Positions 36,261-46,467 of a DNA stretch of 64,000 nucleotides are shown here, in pieces. A program made the position numbers and the translations under genes. The notes under the pieces are model-generated. The model did not search any database. It had not been told where the DNA came from and was given only the letters and a program-made list of their open reading frames with translations. Position 1 is the first letter of the stretch; every line of letters starts with the position of its first letter. The stretch is from sequence record PQ464590.1. One strand, given 5' to 3'.

Positions 36261-38557
36261 TATTCTACAACTTTCTTAGAACGTTTTGGTTTGATAACAA
36301 GTTTGTTATCTACTTCATCAAAGGTCACAGTACCGCCATTCTGGAGAGAACCGCAAAGCATTTCTTTCGCCAGTGGTACACGAATATTCTGCTCGATGGT
36401 ACGCTTCATTGGACGTGCACCCATACCCGCCTGTACGCCGTTCTTAGCTAACCAAGCTACTGCTTTATCAGTTAGTTTCACATTCACACCACGACCCGCT
36501 ACAGCGTCATTTAGGCCATTCATGAACTTCACAATAACTGCATCAATCGCTTCAGTACTTAGTTCGTTGAATTTCACAACACTATCGATACGGTTTAGGA
36601 ACTCTGGACGTAGGAAACTTTTTAGGGCTTTATCCATTCCATCATCTCCACCAGAACCACCAATTGCACGCACTTGAGCTTGGCTCGCTCCCAGGTTAGT
36701 AGTCATAATAACAGTTACGTTATTGAAGAATACTGTTTTACCTTGGGAACCCGTTAGACGACCTTCATCCAGTACTTGTAGGAATGTCAGTAGAATTGAC
36801 GGGTGAGCTTTTTCGATCTCATCAAGTAGTAGGATGCAGTTCGGGTATTGCTCAACTTTGTCTAGTAGTAAACCGTTACCAGATTCATGCCCAACATATC
36901 CAGGCGGTGAACCGATTAGTTTAGATACTGTATGTTCTGCACTGAATTCGGACATATCAAAACGAATCAGTTCAGAACCCATTGCATCAGCAAGTGCTTT
37001 CGCAATTTCGGTTTTACCAGTACCAGATGGTCCTTGGAAGATGAACGCACCTTGTACTGACGCAGAATCACGTAGACCTGCACGGGCAACCATAACGTTA
37101 TCGACAAGTTTCTGTACTGCTTCTTCTTGTCCGAATACACGAGCACGTAGTGCATCTGGTAGACTAGTCATACGCTCTGATTCATTACATGCTACCACAC
37201 TCACATCAAGGTTAGCAATACGTGCAACCACGAATTCGATATCAGACTTCTGGATAACTGCTTCTGGTGTTGCTTTAGAGCGGTTACGTGCTGCTGCTGC
37301 GTCCATTAGATCAATCGCTTTGTCTGGGAAGCGTTTGTTCTGTAGAAACTTCTTAGAAAGATTCATCACTGCATCAATCGCTTCAGTACTGAAGGTTACG
37401 CTGTGGAATGCTTCATATGACGCTTTTACACCCTCTACAATTTCACGAGTTTCAGCAAATGTTGGTTCAAGTACATCAACTTTCATGAAACGACGAGCTA
37501 GTGCACCATCTTTCTCGATATGTTTACGATATTCTTCGTAAGTAGTTGCACCGATGATGCGGATTTCACCACGAGATAGTGCTGGCTTGATTAGGTTACT
37601 CATATCCATAGAACCAGAAGAGCTTGCACCTGCACCCATGATAGTGTGTAGTTCATCAATGAATACAATAGTGTTTTCACGCTTCTTCAGTTCAGTCAAG
37701 AAGTCAGTAACACGCTCTTCGAATTCCCCGCGATACTTAGTGCCAGCAGTGAACGCACCCATATCGAGAGACAGTAGTTCTACATCTTGAAGATGCTCTG
37801 GAACATTACCTGCAACGATGGCTTGTGCTAGACCGTCAACGATCTGGGTCTTACCAACACCTGCTTCACCTGCTAGGCACGCATTCTTCTTAGTCTTGCG
37901 AGAAAGAATCTCTACAAGGTTCTGTAGTTCACCAGTACGACCGATCATTGGGTCTAGCTTACCATCACGAGCTAGTTCAGTCAGGTTCGTGGTGTAGTCT
38001 TCGATTGTTTTCTTCTTAGACTCTGGATGCTGATGTGACACTCTTTTCCCCTCTTTGGTCGGTTCATCAAACGTTTTCTGTAGCTGAACACCAGGCTCAA
38101 TAGATTCAACGTACTTCTGTAAAGCACGGGCTACTTCTGTACGGGAAGTACCAACTTCTTCTAAAGCAGCTTCCAGTGCTGATTTAGGGAATGATAGACA
38201 TTCGAACAGTACAAAGTACGGTGCAATTGTGTAATCATCGGTTTTTAGTTGTTCCAGTACTGCTTTTTTACTCAATTCTTTCATGATACGTGCCATCTGG
38301 ATACTCATCGCTGCCTGGTCTTCATCAATAGCTTCAGCAGTGCTGATTGGAATATCAGGGAAATCAGTATTTTTTAGATGAGTAACGATACGGTCTTCCA
38401 ACGCTTTTGCGTTGAGTGACATGGAATTTAGTGCTTCAATGATACTAGGAAGCTTCAGTACTGTGACTGCCAAATGGTCGATTGACATAAAACGATGACC
38501 AAGGGACAGGGCTAAGCTTTCAGTTTCTTGAAATAGTTCTACAAAGCTACGGCTCAT
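36260..38557 (-). CDS. clpA: ClpA-like Hsp100 AAA+ ATPase
   Basis: Clp N-domain; D1 with LDPMIGR, GEAGVGKT, pore loop GTKYRG and FIDELH; D2 with GPSGTGKT, GSPPGYVG, LLDEIEKAH and RPEFLNRID, GARP; no ClpB middle domain. Confidence 0.92.
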   Translation of the reverse strand: MSRSFVELFQETESLALSLGHRFMSIDHLAVTVLKLPSIIEALNSMSLNAKALEDRIVTHLKNTDFPDIPISTAEAIDEDQAAMSIQMARIMKELSKKAVLEQLKTDDYTIAPYFVLFECLSFPKSALEAALEEVGTSRTEVARALQKYVESIEPGVQLQKTFDEPTKEGKRVSHQHPESKKKTIEDYTTNLTELARDGKLDPMIGRTGELQNLVEILSRKTKKNACLAGEAGVGKTQIVDGLAQAIVAGNVPEHLQDVELLSLDMGAFTAGTKYRGEFEERVTDFLTELKKRENTIVFIDELHTIMGAGASSSGSMDMSNLIKPALSRGEIRIIGATTYEEYRKHIEKDGALARRFMKVDVLEPTFAETREIVEGVKASYEAFHSVTFSTEAIDAVMNLSKKFLQNKRFPDKAIDLMDAAAARNRSKATPEAVIQKSDIEFVVARIANLDVSVVACNESERMTSLPDALRARVFGQEEAVQKLVDNVMVARAGLRDSASVQGAFIFQGPSGTGKTEIAKALADAMGSELIRFDMSEFSAEHTVSKLIGSPPGYVGHESGNGLLLDKVEQYPNCILLLDEIEKAHPSILLTFLQVLDEGRLTGSQGKTVFFNNVTVIMTTNLGASQAQVRAIGGSGGDDGMDKALKSFLRPEFLNRIDSVVKFNELSTEAIDAVIVKFMNGLNDAVAGRGVNVKLTDKAVAWLAKNGVQAGMGARPMKRTIEQNIRVPLAKEMLCGSLQNGGTVTFDEVDNKLVIKPKRSKKVVE

Positions 38558-38600
38558 TATGTGTATCTCCTAAGTTGGTTTTTATTCGTACGTATACTTT

Positions 38601-38630
38601 ATTATATCACATCTTTGTCATCCATCCCAA
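38601..38630 (-). promoter_or_regulatory. Conserved phage promoter, copy 3 (drives the ClpA-like gene)
   Basis: TTGGGATGGATGACAAAGATGTGATATAAT. Confidence 0.75.
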
Positions 38631-38670
38631 AAAATAAATACAATTATAGATTCTTTTCTGGAGATTCAAC

Positions 38671-40167
38671 ATGTCATATAAAATGTGGAAAAAAGGCCGT
38701 ACAACTGATTACAGTTTTATCGACCGCAACATAGCCGAACAGTATAACATCGGTGGTGTCGATATGTGGCTCTATGCCTATGTCGGACCAAAACAGTTAA
38801 AATCAAGTGATGACGATATTACCTTCCAAAACGGAGATAGTCAATCAGATGTTTCAAAAATCGGTGATATTATTTTCGGTGAAACCGCACAACGCGAGTA
38901 CAACCTAGAAGCTATCACACTTAGTGCAGTTTATCAAGTGCAAGAAGCAACACCGGATCTTAAGATGCCTGGTATCTTCTTCAATTTTAACACAATGGAC
39001 ATCACTGTTCATTACAATACAATGATGCAACGTGTCGGACGCAAGATCATGCCAGGTGATGTACTAGAATTACCAAACCTACGTGATTTTGATGTAATTG
39101 GTAAAGATAGTGGTTTAAACCGCTTCTACGTGGTACAGGATTCGTTCAGAACATCCGAAGGTTACTCTGCTACATGGCAACACCATATTTTCAAACTACG
39201 TGTAAAACCTCTTACCGATAGCCCAGAGTATTCTGGTATATTAGGCAACAATAACTATCCTGATAATCCAGATGATCCTAATAATGGCAACGGGAATAGT
39301 AGTTCAGGTAATGGTGGTTCTGAAAATAGCAACTACAATAACGAAATGGATATTATGAATAAAATCATCATCCAAGCTGATGATGAAGTCCCATACATCC
39401 ACTGGACCAATGAACATATCTATGATGATCGTTCTGATATATGGGATCTATCCCGTGTAATCCTAAATGGTTATGAGTTCCCATCTGAACCATCACCTGA
39501 CATGTTCTTTATTAAGAAAACATACCCAGTACTGTACGAAAAAGAGTACAATACATGGAGTATAGTAGAAGTAGACTATGGAACAACGTTCCCACGCCGA
39601 CCAAAGGACGGTGATTTCTTCTTCAAGGAGCAAGACGCTGATGTTAGCGGATTTACGTTGTTCCAGTACAATAAAGAATTGAAACGTTGGATGGATTGTG
39701 ACTTACCATACACGAATGAGGACAAAGTTCCAGCCACCGCCGATGATTTTTACGTACTATATCACAACCCACAACTTTATCAAGTACTTTCTGACGGAAA
39801 AACGTGGGTAATTCCACCAGATGAACATTCAAACGTTCCATTTACCTCTAGCAGTATCGCAGCAGACTTGACGATGCCTGAAGACATGCGTCCAAAGATA
39901 CCACCAGCAAGAGGGACAGTTGGTGAAGGGATAATGTTCCCTGATGACCCAAGTGATGGTGAATACTTTTACCGTACTGATTATACGCCCGTAACCCTAT
40001 GGGAATACTCTGATGATAAGAAATCATGGGTGCAATTCAACTACGGTGGAAGACAACCGTGGACTGGTGCTGATAAAGCCAAAACTGACTTCGTCAATAG
40101 CCCAAATCGTGTCCCACTTGAAGATGCAGTTAAACCGAACATCGTTTATCGTGTTCATAAGAAATAA
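38671..40167 (+). CDS. gp14: Neck protein, T4 gp14-like, with C-terminal extension
   Basis: DY.FIDR.I.EQ..IGG, F.E...R.Y, ITVHYN.M...GRKIMPGDVLELP and W..HI.KL.VKP motifs; precedes the gp15-like gene. Confidence 0.75.
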   Translation: MSYKMWKKGRTTDYSFIDRNIAEQYNIGGVDMWLYAYVGPKQLKSSDDDITFQNGDSQSDVSKIGDIIFGETAQREYNLEAITLSAVYQVQEATPDLKMPGIFFNFNTMDITVHYNTMMQRVGRKIMPGDVLELPNLRDFDVIGKDSGLNRFYVVQDSFRTSEGYSATWQHHIFKLRVKPLTDSPEYSGILGNNNYPDNPDDPNNGNGNSSSGNGGSENSNYNNEMDIMNKIIIQADDEVPYIHWTNEHIYDDRSDIWDLSRVILNGYEFPSEPSPDMFFIKKTYPVLYEKEYNTWSIVEVDYGTTFPRRPKDGDFFFKEQDADVSGFTLFQYNKELKRWMDCDLPYTNEDKVPATADDFYVLYHNPQLYQVLSDGKTWVIPPDEHSNVPFTSSSIAADLTMPEDMRPKIPPARGTVGEGIMFPDDPSDGEYFYRTDYTPVTLWEYSDDKKSWVQFNYGGRQPWTGADKAKTDFVNSPNRVPLEDAVKPNIVYRVHKK

Positions 40168-40175
40168 GGAAAACT

Positions 40176-41516
40176 ATGAAGGTACAATATTATTACGATG
40201 GTCAGTTCCGTAGAGTTCTGAAGCATCTTATCAGAGTTTTTGGAGAATTTAAAGTATTATCTTCAATCGATGAATCAGGAAACCCCGTTTATCGGGGTGT
40301 TCCGTGTCGTTATGCTGATATTTCCAGGATGACGGCGTATATTATCAATGGTGGATCTGAAAATACGTTACCAACTGCTCCAATGATGACGATTAGTGTT
40401 CAATCACTAAAAATGGACCGTCCTAGTATTCGTTCACCTGTTTCAGAAACAATTGTTATGGGTAGTAACGTTTCACCAGCACAAAATGAATACGAAAAGA
40501 AGTTAGATCAACAATATCAGATCACACGCTACAATCCAGTACCTTGGGATTTGACTTTTGATTTAAATATTTGGACTACCACACTACAAAATAAAATGGA
40601 ACTATTTGAACAGATAACTACTCTATTTTCTCCGTCAGTGACACTTCAATTGTCTGAAAACCCATTAGATTGGACTTCAGCAGTTGATGTAGAACTAATA
40701 GATTGTCAATTTAGTTCACGAAATGTCCCACAAGGTACAGATTCAGAGTTGGACATCATGACATTATCATTTAAGTGTCCTATTTGGTTATCTCTACCTG
40801 CAACAGTGCAAAAACCTAAACTAATCCAACAAATTGTAACTGGTGTGCACACGGCTCGTGATGAACTCGATTTTGAGCTAACAGATTGGTCTGAACCTAT
40901 TGTAGATGTATTCACTCCGAAAAATATGTGTATACTAGTGGATCAATTGGAAAGCACAAACAGTACTAGTACTAATTATGAGCTAACTTTAGTCAATTCA
41001 TCATTAGGACATCTAAGTGCTAACAGTAAAATCTTCTCATGGAATGTATATCTTAAGTATCTTGAGCCTAATTTCGAAGAAAAGGAAATGTTTATCAAAT
41101 TCCAACGTGGAATTGAAGATTCACAGGCAATCAAAGGAACTGTTGTGAGTATTGGTGAGGGTGATAGGGCAAATAAACTAATTGTGTCTGTTGATACTTC
41201 CTTAATGAAGCGTCAATTGGCAATAAATGGCTTTATCACTGAAGATACTGACCTAATCAACGCGATATCCGCTGAATATTACGTAAATATATCAGAGAGA
41301 GACATCATTTACAAGGGAATAACCATTCCACCAGAATATATTGTCAAAATTGAAGGAAATTCTGCTGAAATTATAGATCCGAACCTCTTCACTGAATACA
41401 TTTACAACTCACAAGACCAAGAACAATACAAATACACAGCAAAATTTGGTTGGCATAAAGCAATTATGAACAAATACCGTCAAGGTTATTGGAGAATTGG
41501 CTTTAAAGACAAATAA
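40176..41516 (+). CDS. gp15: Tail terminator/sheath stabiliser, T4 gp15-like
   Basis: QYYYDGQ.RR.L..LIRVF, VP.RYAD, PVPW.L.F.L.IW......K.EL.EQI..LF.P motifs. Confidence 0.8.
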   Translation: MKVQYYYDGQFRRVLKHLIRVFGEFKVLSSIDESGNPVYRGVPCRYADISRMTAYIINGGSENTLPTAPMMTISVQSLKMDRPSIRSPVSETIVMGSNVSPAQNEYEKKLDQQYQITRYNPVPWDLTFDLNIWTTTLQNKMELFEQITTLFSPSVTLQLSENPLDWTSAVDVELIDCQFSSRNVPQGTDSELDIMTLSFKCPIWLSLPATVQKPKLIQQIVTGVHTARDELDFELTDWSEPIVDVFTPKNMCILVDQLESTNSTSTNYELTLVNSSLGHLSANSKIFSWNVYLKYLEPNFEEKEMFIKFQRGIEDSQAIKGTVVSIGEGDRANKLIVSVDTSLMKRQLAINGFITEDTDLINAISAEYYVNISERDIIYKGITIPPEYIVKIEGNSAEIIDPNLFTEYIYNSQDQEQYKYTAKFGWHKAIMNKYRQGYWRIGFKDK

Positions 41517-41526
41517 GGAATCCATT

Positions 41527-41997
41527 ATGACAAACGAAGCAGTAGGAGCAATATTTCTATCCAAGAAAACGGGGAGGATGATGCTCAATTTAAGATCCGA
41601 CTCAGCCACGTATTCAAATAATTGGGGCTTCGTTGGTGGTAAGATCGAATCCGGTGAGTCACCACTCCAAGCATTACATCGAGAAATGAATGAAGAGCTT
41701 GGTGACTCTGTTCCGATGATTGAAGACATCATACCATTCGATGTTTTCAGTACTAAAAATTGTAAATTTAGATACTACTCATTTATTGTCGTAGTCCCTG
41801 AAGAGTTTATTCCTGAATTGAACCACGAAAGTGCTGGATATTCATGGGTACGTATTGGTAATTGGCCTAAGCCACTTCATCCAGGTGCAAAAAGTACATT
41901 GTATAACACGAATATAGTTACTGACTTTAATGCATTATGGGAATCAATAAAAAATGGCAAACCGTTCTTTAACAGTTTGCCATCATCTATCTTTTAA
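41527..41997 (+). CDS. Nudix hydrolase
   Basis: Nudix box GGKIESGESPLQALHREMNEELG; ELNHE..GY.W and PLHPG motifs. Start at ATG 41527 after AAGGA. Confidence 0.9.
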   Translation: MTNEAVGAIFLSKKTGRMMLNLRSDSATYSNNWGFVGGKIESGESPLQALHREMNEELGDSVPMIEDIIPFDVFSTKNCKFRYYSFIVVVPEEFIPELNHESAGYSWVRIGNWPKPLHPGAKSTLYNTNIVTDFNALWESIKNGKPFFNSLPSSIF

Positions 41998-42001
41998 AAA
42001 C

Positions 42002-42028
42002 AAAAGGAGCCGATTGGCTCCTTTTTTT
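42002..42028. terminator. Bidirectional terminator between convergent genes
   Basis: A4-GGAGCC-gatt-GGCTCC-T7. Confidence 0.85.
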
Positions 42029-43121
42029 ATACTCCAACTGGTGGTACACCAGTAATTTTTAACAGTACTGACCATTGTGTTAGTGTACTTTGACCTGCAC
42101 CCAAACCATTTACTGTACCGTCTACACGAATACCTAAATGCTTTGGAGAGTTCAAAGATGCAAGAACATAATTCTCATAATCAGCACCTGTCGTACCTGT
42201 ACCATCAGGAATCGTTGGGTCTACTCCGTTAATAACAACGTTCACGTCCCATGTATCTTGAGTACTGGTGATTTCATCTTTAATCTGCGTTAGGTTAGCA
42301 ACCTTACGTGGATCTGGAATTTGTTGTGCCTGAGCAACTCCAGGAACAATAGTACCTGCATTATCTACGTAAAATTGTCCTTTAATGGACCAAGTTTTAT
42401 AGTTCGCTGGAACTGGAATGATCCCCCCACTTACTTGAACTTGTCTTGCAATGATATTCATTTCAAAGAAATAGTTCGCCCCGAAGTTGAACACCCCATC
42501 ACCATTCTGAAAGACTGTATAACCATTATCATCAACTAACGGTGCTCCACCAACGTTAAAATATGCAACTGGTCTAGTACTGGCAGTTTGTGTGTACTGA
42601 ATGTACTTTACGTTGTCATCATAGTTAATGTCTAGAAGACGTTCATATTGCTTGTTTAATGGTCGAGTAGTTTGAATCTCTCGCCATTCTTTATCTTTCA
42701 TCAGAACCATAAGTCTATCACCATTGTTGGTGAGAACCATACGTCCCATATTAGAGTTTGTACCATCAGGAACAGTGTTAAAAATGGTAATCATTGGAAT
42801 GGTAGCCCATTCTAATTCAGTTTGTGGTGTATTTGGTTGTGCCGCACCATCTTTTAATGCAATTAACAACTCACCAGCACCAGTTGTATTCTTATACCAT
42901 AACTGACCTAAAATATTACCTTTAGGTGCGAACTGACTAGCGAAATTTTCCGCGAGCCATAGGGCGTTTTCGTTTAGTGCTTGTCCATAACCTACTTTGT
43001 TCCGACCTACCAAGTTAATCGGAACTGGGTTTTGATTCGGCATATTTGGGCCAAGGATTTCATTATTTGCGACAGATGCATATACTTTACCATTGGCACG
43101 TTTAATTTCATAGTTGTTCAT
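42027..43121 (-). CDS. Virion structural/fibre-associated protein
   Basis: N-terminal Y.I....G, LVGRN..GYG..LNEN.L.LAENFA pattern, which I recognise from large-myovirus tail-associated proteins. Confidence 0.6.
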   Translation of the reverse strand: MNNYEIKRANGKVYASVANNEILGPNMPNQNPVPINLVGRNKVGYGQALNENALWLAENFASQFAPKGNILGQLWYKNTTGAGELLIALKDGAAQPNTPQTELEWATIPMITIFNTVPDGTNSNMGRMVLTNNGDRLMVLMKDKEWREIQTTRPLNKQYERLLDINYDDNVKYIQYTQTASTRPVAYFNVGGAPLVDDNGYTVFQNGDGVFNFGANYFFEMNIIARQVQVSGGIIPVPANYKTWSIKGQFYVDNAGTIVPGVAQAQQIPDPRKVANLTQIKDEITSTQDTWDVNVVINGVDPTIPDGTGTTGADYENYVLASLNSPKHLGIRVDGTVNGLGAGQSTLTQWSVLLKITGVPPVGV

Positions 43122-43130
43122 CTTCTATCC

Positions 43131-43742
43131 TTATTGTAATTGTACACGCACTGTGTATTTTACTTGTAGCACGCGGTTAGCACTCTTTTCAACTGGGTGG
43201 AAGATAATATGAGATAGTGGAAGGCCACTAGTACCGTCAGTATATAAACCTAGTTCGTCAAATACGTATGTTCCATCCATTGAAGTACTAGAACTAACGG
43301 ATTGGTCGGATGGTTCACCTAACCCTAGGGTACAAACACATATAATATCCGTATAAGCTTGGCCTGGGATATGAACAGTACTGATATCATTGTATTGTGC
43401 GTCTACACCAGTGTTGATGCGTGGGTTAATTTTTTTAGAATACGTTTCAGAATATAAACCACCATAAGAAGTTACACGTGGCGATTTATAGGTAACACGC
43501 CCAGTACTTAGTACTACAGTCCCACCGTTACCAAACCGCATTTCTGAAATAGCACCTAGACTAATACCAGAACTATCAACGTTCGCTGCAAGTGCATCAG
43601 CAATAGCTCGACTCATATTTTCTGGGTGAATAGCGTTTGACTTGTCCAGCACTACTGATGTATTGGAAGGATCTGTTACATCGGTAATTAGAACATGACC
43701 CTTGACGAACAATCTTGGTTGTTCAATTTTGTTGTTTTCCAT
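43131..43742 (-). CDS. Virion structural protein (tail-collar/baseplate-like)
   Basis: GHVLI.D, NAIH.ENMS, M.FGNGG, L..GEP..Q, YVFDELGL and HIIFHPV.KS.NR...V.YTVR motifs. Confidence 0.6.
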   Translation of the reverse strand: MENNKIEQPRLFVKGHVLITDVTDPSNTSVVLDKSNAIHPENMSRAIADALAANVDSSGISLGAISEMRFGNGGTVVLSTGRVTYKSPRVTSYGGLYSETYSKKINPRINTGVDAQYNDISTVHIPGQAYTDIICVCTLGLGEPSDQSVSSSTSMDGTYVFDELGLYTDGTSGLPLSHIIFHPVEKSANRVLQVKYTVRVQLQ

Positions 43743-43751
43743 TTTTGATCC

Positions 43752-44249
43752 TTAAAAGTTAATCTGTACTTCTTCTAACTTACCAGCCATTCGTTTCTGG
43801 TACTCATTTGGGTCTGTGGAAATATAATTACGGTCCACCCCAACGCGAAGGTAAGTGAAGTTTCCGGTTACGGTTTCAGCGAATGTACCAGTTGCACCGA
43901 TTTCCACGATCATTTGATCTCTACGTGCATCCCAGATTCGGGTATCCGTGAATTCTAGATAGTAGTTGCAGCTTTCGGTGAATTTGATTGGGAACCAATC
44001 TTCTTCCTTCGGATTACTTGCTAGAGTTGCTTGAACATAAATTCGTCCAGTAAATTGACGTAGTGTGAAAGCAATTGTGTGTAACCCTGTAGTGCTGCCA
44101 TAATATCCACCAGCCGCGAGTGCTAGCGATACTTCATTCCAGTGATAGTCATTATTGGTATCGTACCAAGAATCAGTGTCTTGGAAGTCATACCATTCAC
44201 CATCTTTGCCCTTCCTTTTGAAGAGAAAATTCTTTGATCTTAAAGCCAT
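43752..44249 (-). CDS. Hypothetical protein, probably structural
   Basis: Aromatic-rich beta-sandwich-like ORF in a late-promoter-driven operon (TATAAATA at 44281-44288, minus strand). Confidence 0.7.
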   Translation of the reverse strand: MALRSKNFLFKRKGKDGEWYDFQDTDSWYDTNNDYHWNEVSLALAAGGYYGSTTGLHTIAFTLRQFTGRIYVQATLASNPKEEDWFPIKFTESCNYYLEFTDTRIWDARRDQMIVEIGATGTFAETVTGNFTYLRVGVDRNYISTDPNEYQKRMAGKLEEVQINF

Positions 44250-44355
44250 TGTCGTAAGCCCTCTTTTATGAACTTTTACTTATTTATACAACGACGAATG
44301 TAATAAGAGAGTGATAAATATTCATAATATGGCAATACAATATAAGGACATACAT

Positions 44356-45477
44356 ATGACAATTTCATTCAATAATGGATCTGTTGGTTCCTGTAATAAT
44401 TCTGGAATTTTAAAACTCCAGATTAACTCTGCTGGTCATCTTATCTGTACTTACGTGGATAACACAATTGAAGATTTAGGTCTTGTGGTTGGTCGCGATG
44501 GGACAAATGGTACAAATTTTTACCCTGATGAAGTTGGTTTTGAAATTCCAGACAGTCAATTTAGGGCTGAAAAGGATATTGGTTGGTCTTATTTAAGTCT
44601 AGCTAATAACACGAGTATTCTGTACTTTAAAACATCAGCACCAGATGTAGTTCCGGCGACGTGGAACTCAGTAGAATTCGGAAAAGGTGACAAAGGTGAC
44701 GCTGGACGTCCATTCACCATTGACAGTCAAGGGACAACATTACCAACAACTGGACTATTTGATGAATATACATTCTTAAATACCACTACTGGTATGATTC
44801 AGATTTATGATTTAGACACTACTACATGGAGAGGACCATTCCCGTGGGTTGGTAAACAAGGTATTCAAGGGGTATTTAAAATAGATCTTGAATCTGATGA
44901 ACTTCCACCAATAGATGATCTCCCATTAAACTACATGGTATATGACACTGATGACGGATTCTTATACTATGTAGAAGAAAACCCTGATAATCCAGGCCAA
45001 AAACAATGGAGTAAAGGTATTCTGTTCCGTGGTAAGCAGGGTGAGAAGGGTGATAGTATCAAGGGTGATCCAGGTGAACCAGGTGCAAGCGTTTATGCTG
45101 TGCATAACGTCATTGATACTTCTTACACTAACGCATTACTTGTTATCGGAACTGTACCAATTGGATACGTTATCACAAATATTCAGGTTAATGTTGAACA
45201 GGCATATACTTTCCCTGTGACTGACATGTTAGTACGATTTGGTGGTACTGCACAATCGGAAATAGACGGTACAGTTATTGCACCATTTGATTACTTTGAT
45301 ATTAATACCGCTCGTAAGTACATCGTAGATGAAATTAACCACGAGCCGAGTGATAAAGAAGAAATTATCTCGTGTATTTTTAACGAATCTGTTAACAATA
45401 GCCCAGTAGGTAAAATGTCCATTTATGTTCAAATGGCAAAACAATTACCTGATCAGCCAATTTCAGATAATATCTAA
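44356..45477 (+). CDS. Fibre protein with short collagen-like G-X-Y tracts
   Basis: GKGDKGDAG, GKQGIQG and GKQGEKGDSIKGDPGEPG; start at ATG 44356 after AAGGA; late promoter at 44315-44320. Confidence 0.7.
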   Translation: MTISFNNGSVGSCNNSGILKLQINSAGHLICTYVDNTIEDLGLVVGRDGTNGTNFYPDEVGFEIPDSQFRAEKDIGWSYLSLANNTSILYFKTSAPDVVPATWNSVEFGKGDKGDAGRPFTIDSQGTTLPTTGLFDEYTFLNTTTGMIQIYDLDTTTWRGPFPWVGKQGIQGVFKIDLESDELPPIDDLPLNYMVYDTDDGFLYYVEENPDNPGQKQWSKGILFRGKQGEKGDSIKGDPGEPGASVYAVHNVIDTSYTNALLVIGTVPIGYVITNIQVNVEQAYTFPVTDMLVRFGGTAQSEIDGTVIAPFDYFDINTARKYIVDEINHEPSDKEEIISCIFNESVNNSPVGKMSIYVQMAKQLPDQPISDNI

Positions 45478-45489
45478 GGAGAATGTAAA

Positions 45490-46356
45490 ATGGCAGTTTT
45501 TTCTAATTTAGAAGGAACAATGAAAAAAACGTTCATCCTTGGTAAAAATGGTGCACGTTTCAGTACTGACGGTACTGAAGTAGTTGTTCAAAATTATACT
45601 GGAACTGATTTAATTCCAGTATCCGCTGGCGAACCTATTAATCCAGATAACCTAGTAACTCTATCATATTTTAACGCACATAGTGGTGGTTCTGCTGGTG
45701 GTGCGTTATCGGGAACTACAGTTCCTGATGTATCTCTAGGTAATAATGGTGATATGTATTTCCAGGTTGATGCAACGTCAGTTGTCCAAATCTTTTTCAA
45801 AGATCAAGGAATCTGGAAACCTTTCGCATCCCCGACACCGCCTGAAGATTCTGATTACGTAACTGCATTTACTGTGCAGCCATCAGAATTCACGCAGCAA
45901 GGCCAGAACTATGTGTACAGCATCCCAGCTAGTACTCATCAACGCGGCTCTAATCTGCTTGTACAGGTGCAAGATCCACTCGGTAACACAATCGGGACAG
46001 ATGTAATAGTGGACAGTACTGGTAATATTACAATCAGACAGGTTGCACAACCTACTGAAATCCAAATCATCAAGTTAATAGGAGTAACTGATATGACCCA
46101 ACCATATAATGCGTTAGTCAATAAGATTGATTGGGTAGCTTCAGGTGATAAATTTAATTTCACCGTTACCGCTACCACGCATAACCAAGAAATTGGACCA
46201 CTATATCTAGCTATGTATGAAAACGTGGTCGATGGTGCAACTTCGGCTGCCCCTTATGCCCTCATTACACTAGATAGTGTGATCGATAGTTCCGGTAATG
46301 TAACATTCACCTCGTATGTTCCATTGAGCGGAAAAGTCGTCATTAGCGGCAAATAA
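45490..46356 (+). CDS. Virion structural/fibre protein
   Basis: AAGGAG SD; SG.T.P..SLG.NGD.YF motif; repeated H-Q...L.V/A segments; same late operon. Confidence 0.65.
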   Translation: MAVFSNLEGTMKKTFILGKNGARFSTDGTEVVVQNYTGTDLIPVSAGEPINPDNLVTLSYFNAHSGGSAGGALSGTTVPDVSLGNNGDMYFQVDATSVVQIFFKDQGIWKPFASPTPPEDSDYVTAFTVQPSEFTQQGQNYVYSIPASTHQRGSNLLVQVQDPLGNTIGTDVIVDSTGNITIRQVAQPTEIQIIKLIGVTDMTQPYNALVNKIDWVASGDKFNFTVTATTHNQEIGPLYLAMYENVVDGATSAAPYALITLDSVIDSSGNVTFTSYVPLSGKVVISGK

Positions 46357-46363
46357 TTAAATG

Positions 46364-46393
46364 TCCAGAATACGGCTGTATTCTGGATTTTTT
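46364..46393 (+). terminator. Intrinsic terminator
   Basis: TCCAGAATAC-ggct-GTATTCTGGA followed by T6. Confidence 0.8.
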
Positions 46394-46467
46394 GTCCAAT
46401 AACTCATAAATACATAAAATATAGTTCAGGATAAGTGTTCCTTATTACAATCCAACGGAGGGATTAC

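Noticed and set aside
36291-37790. Long antisense ORFs inside the ClpA gene (up to 235 aa)
   Set aside because: They are shadow frames of a strongly codon-biased gene; no SD, and S/T/A/P-rich nonsense composition.
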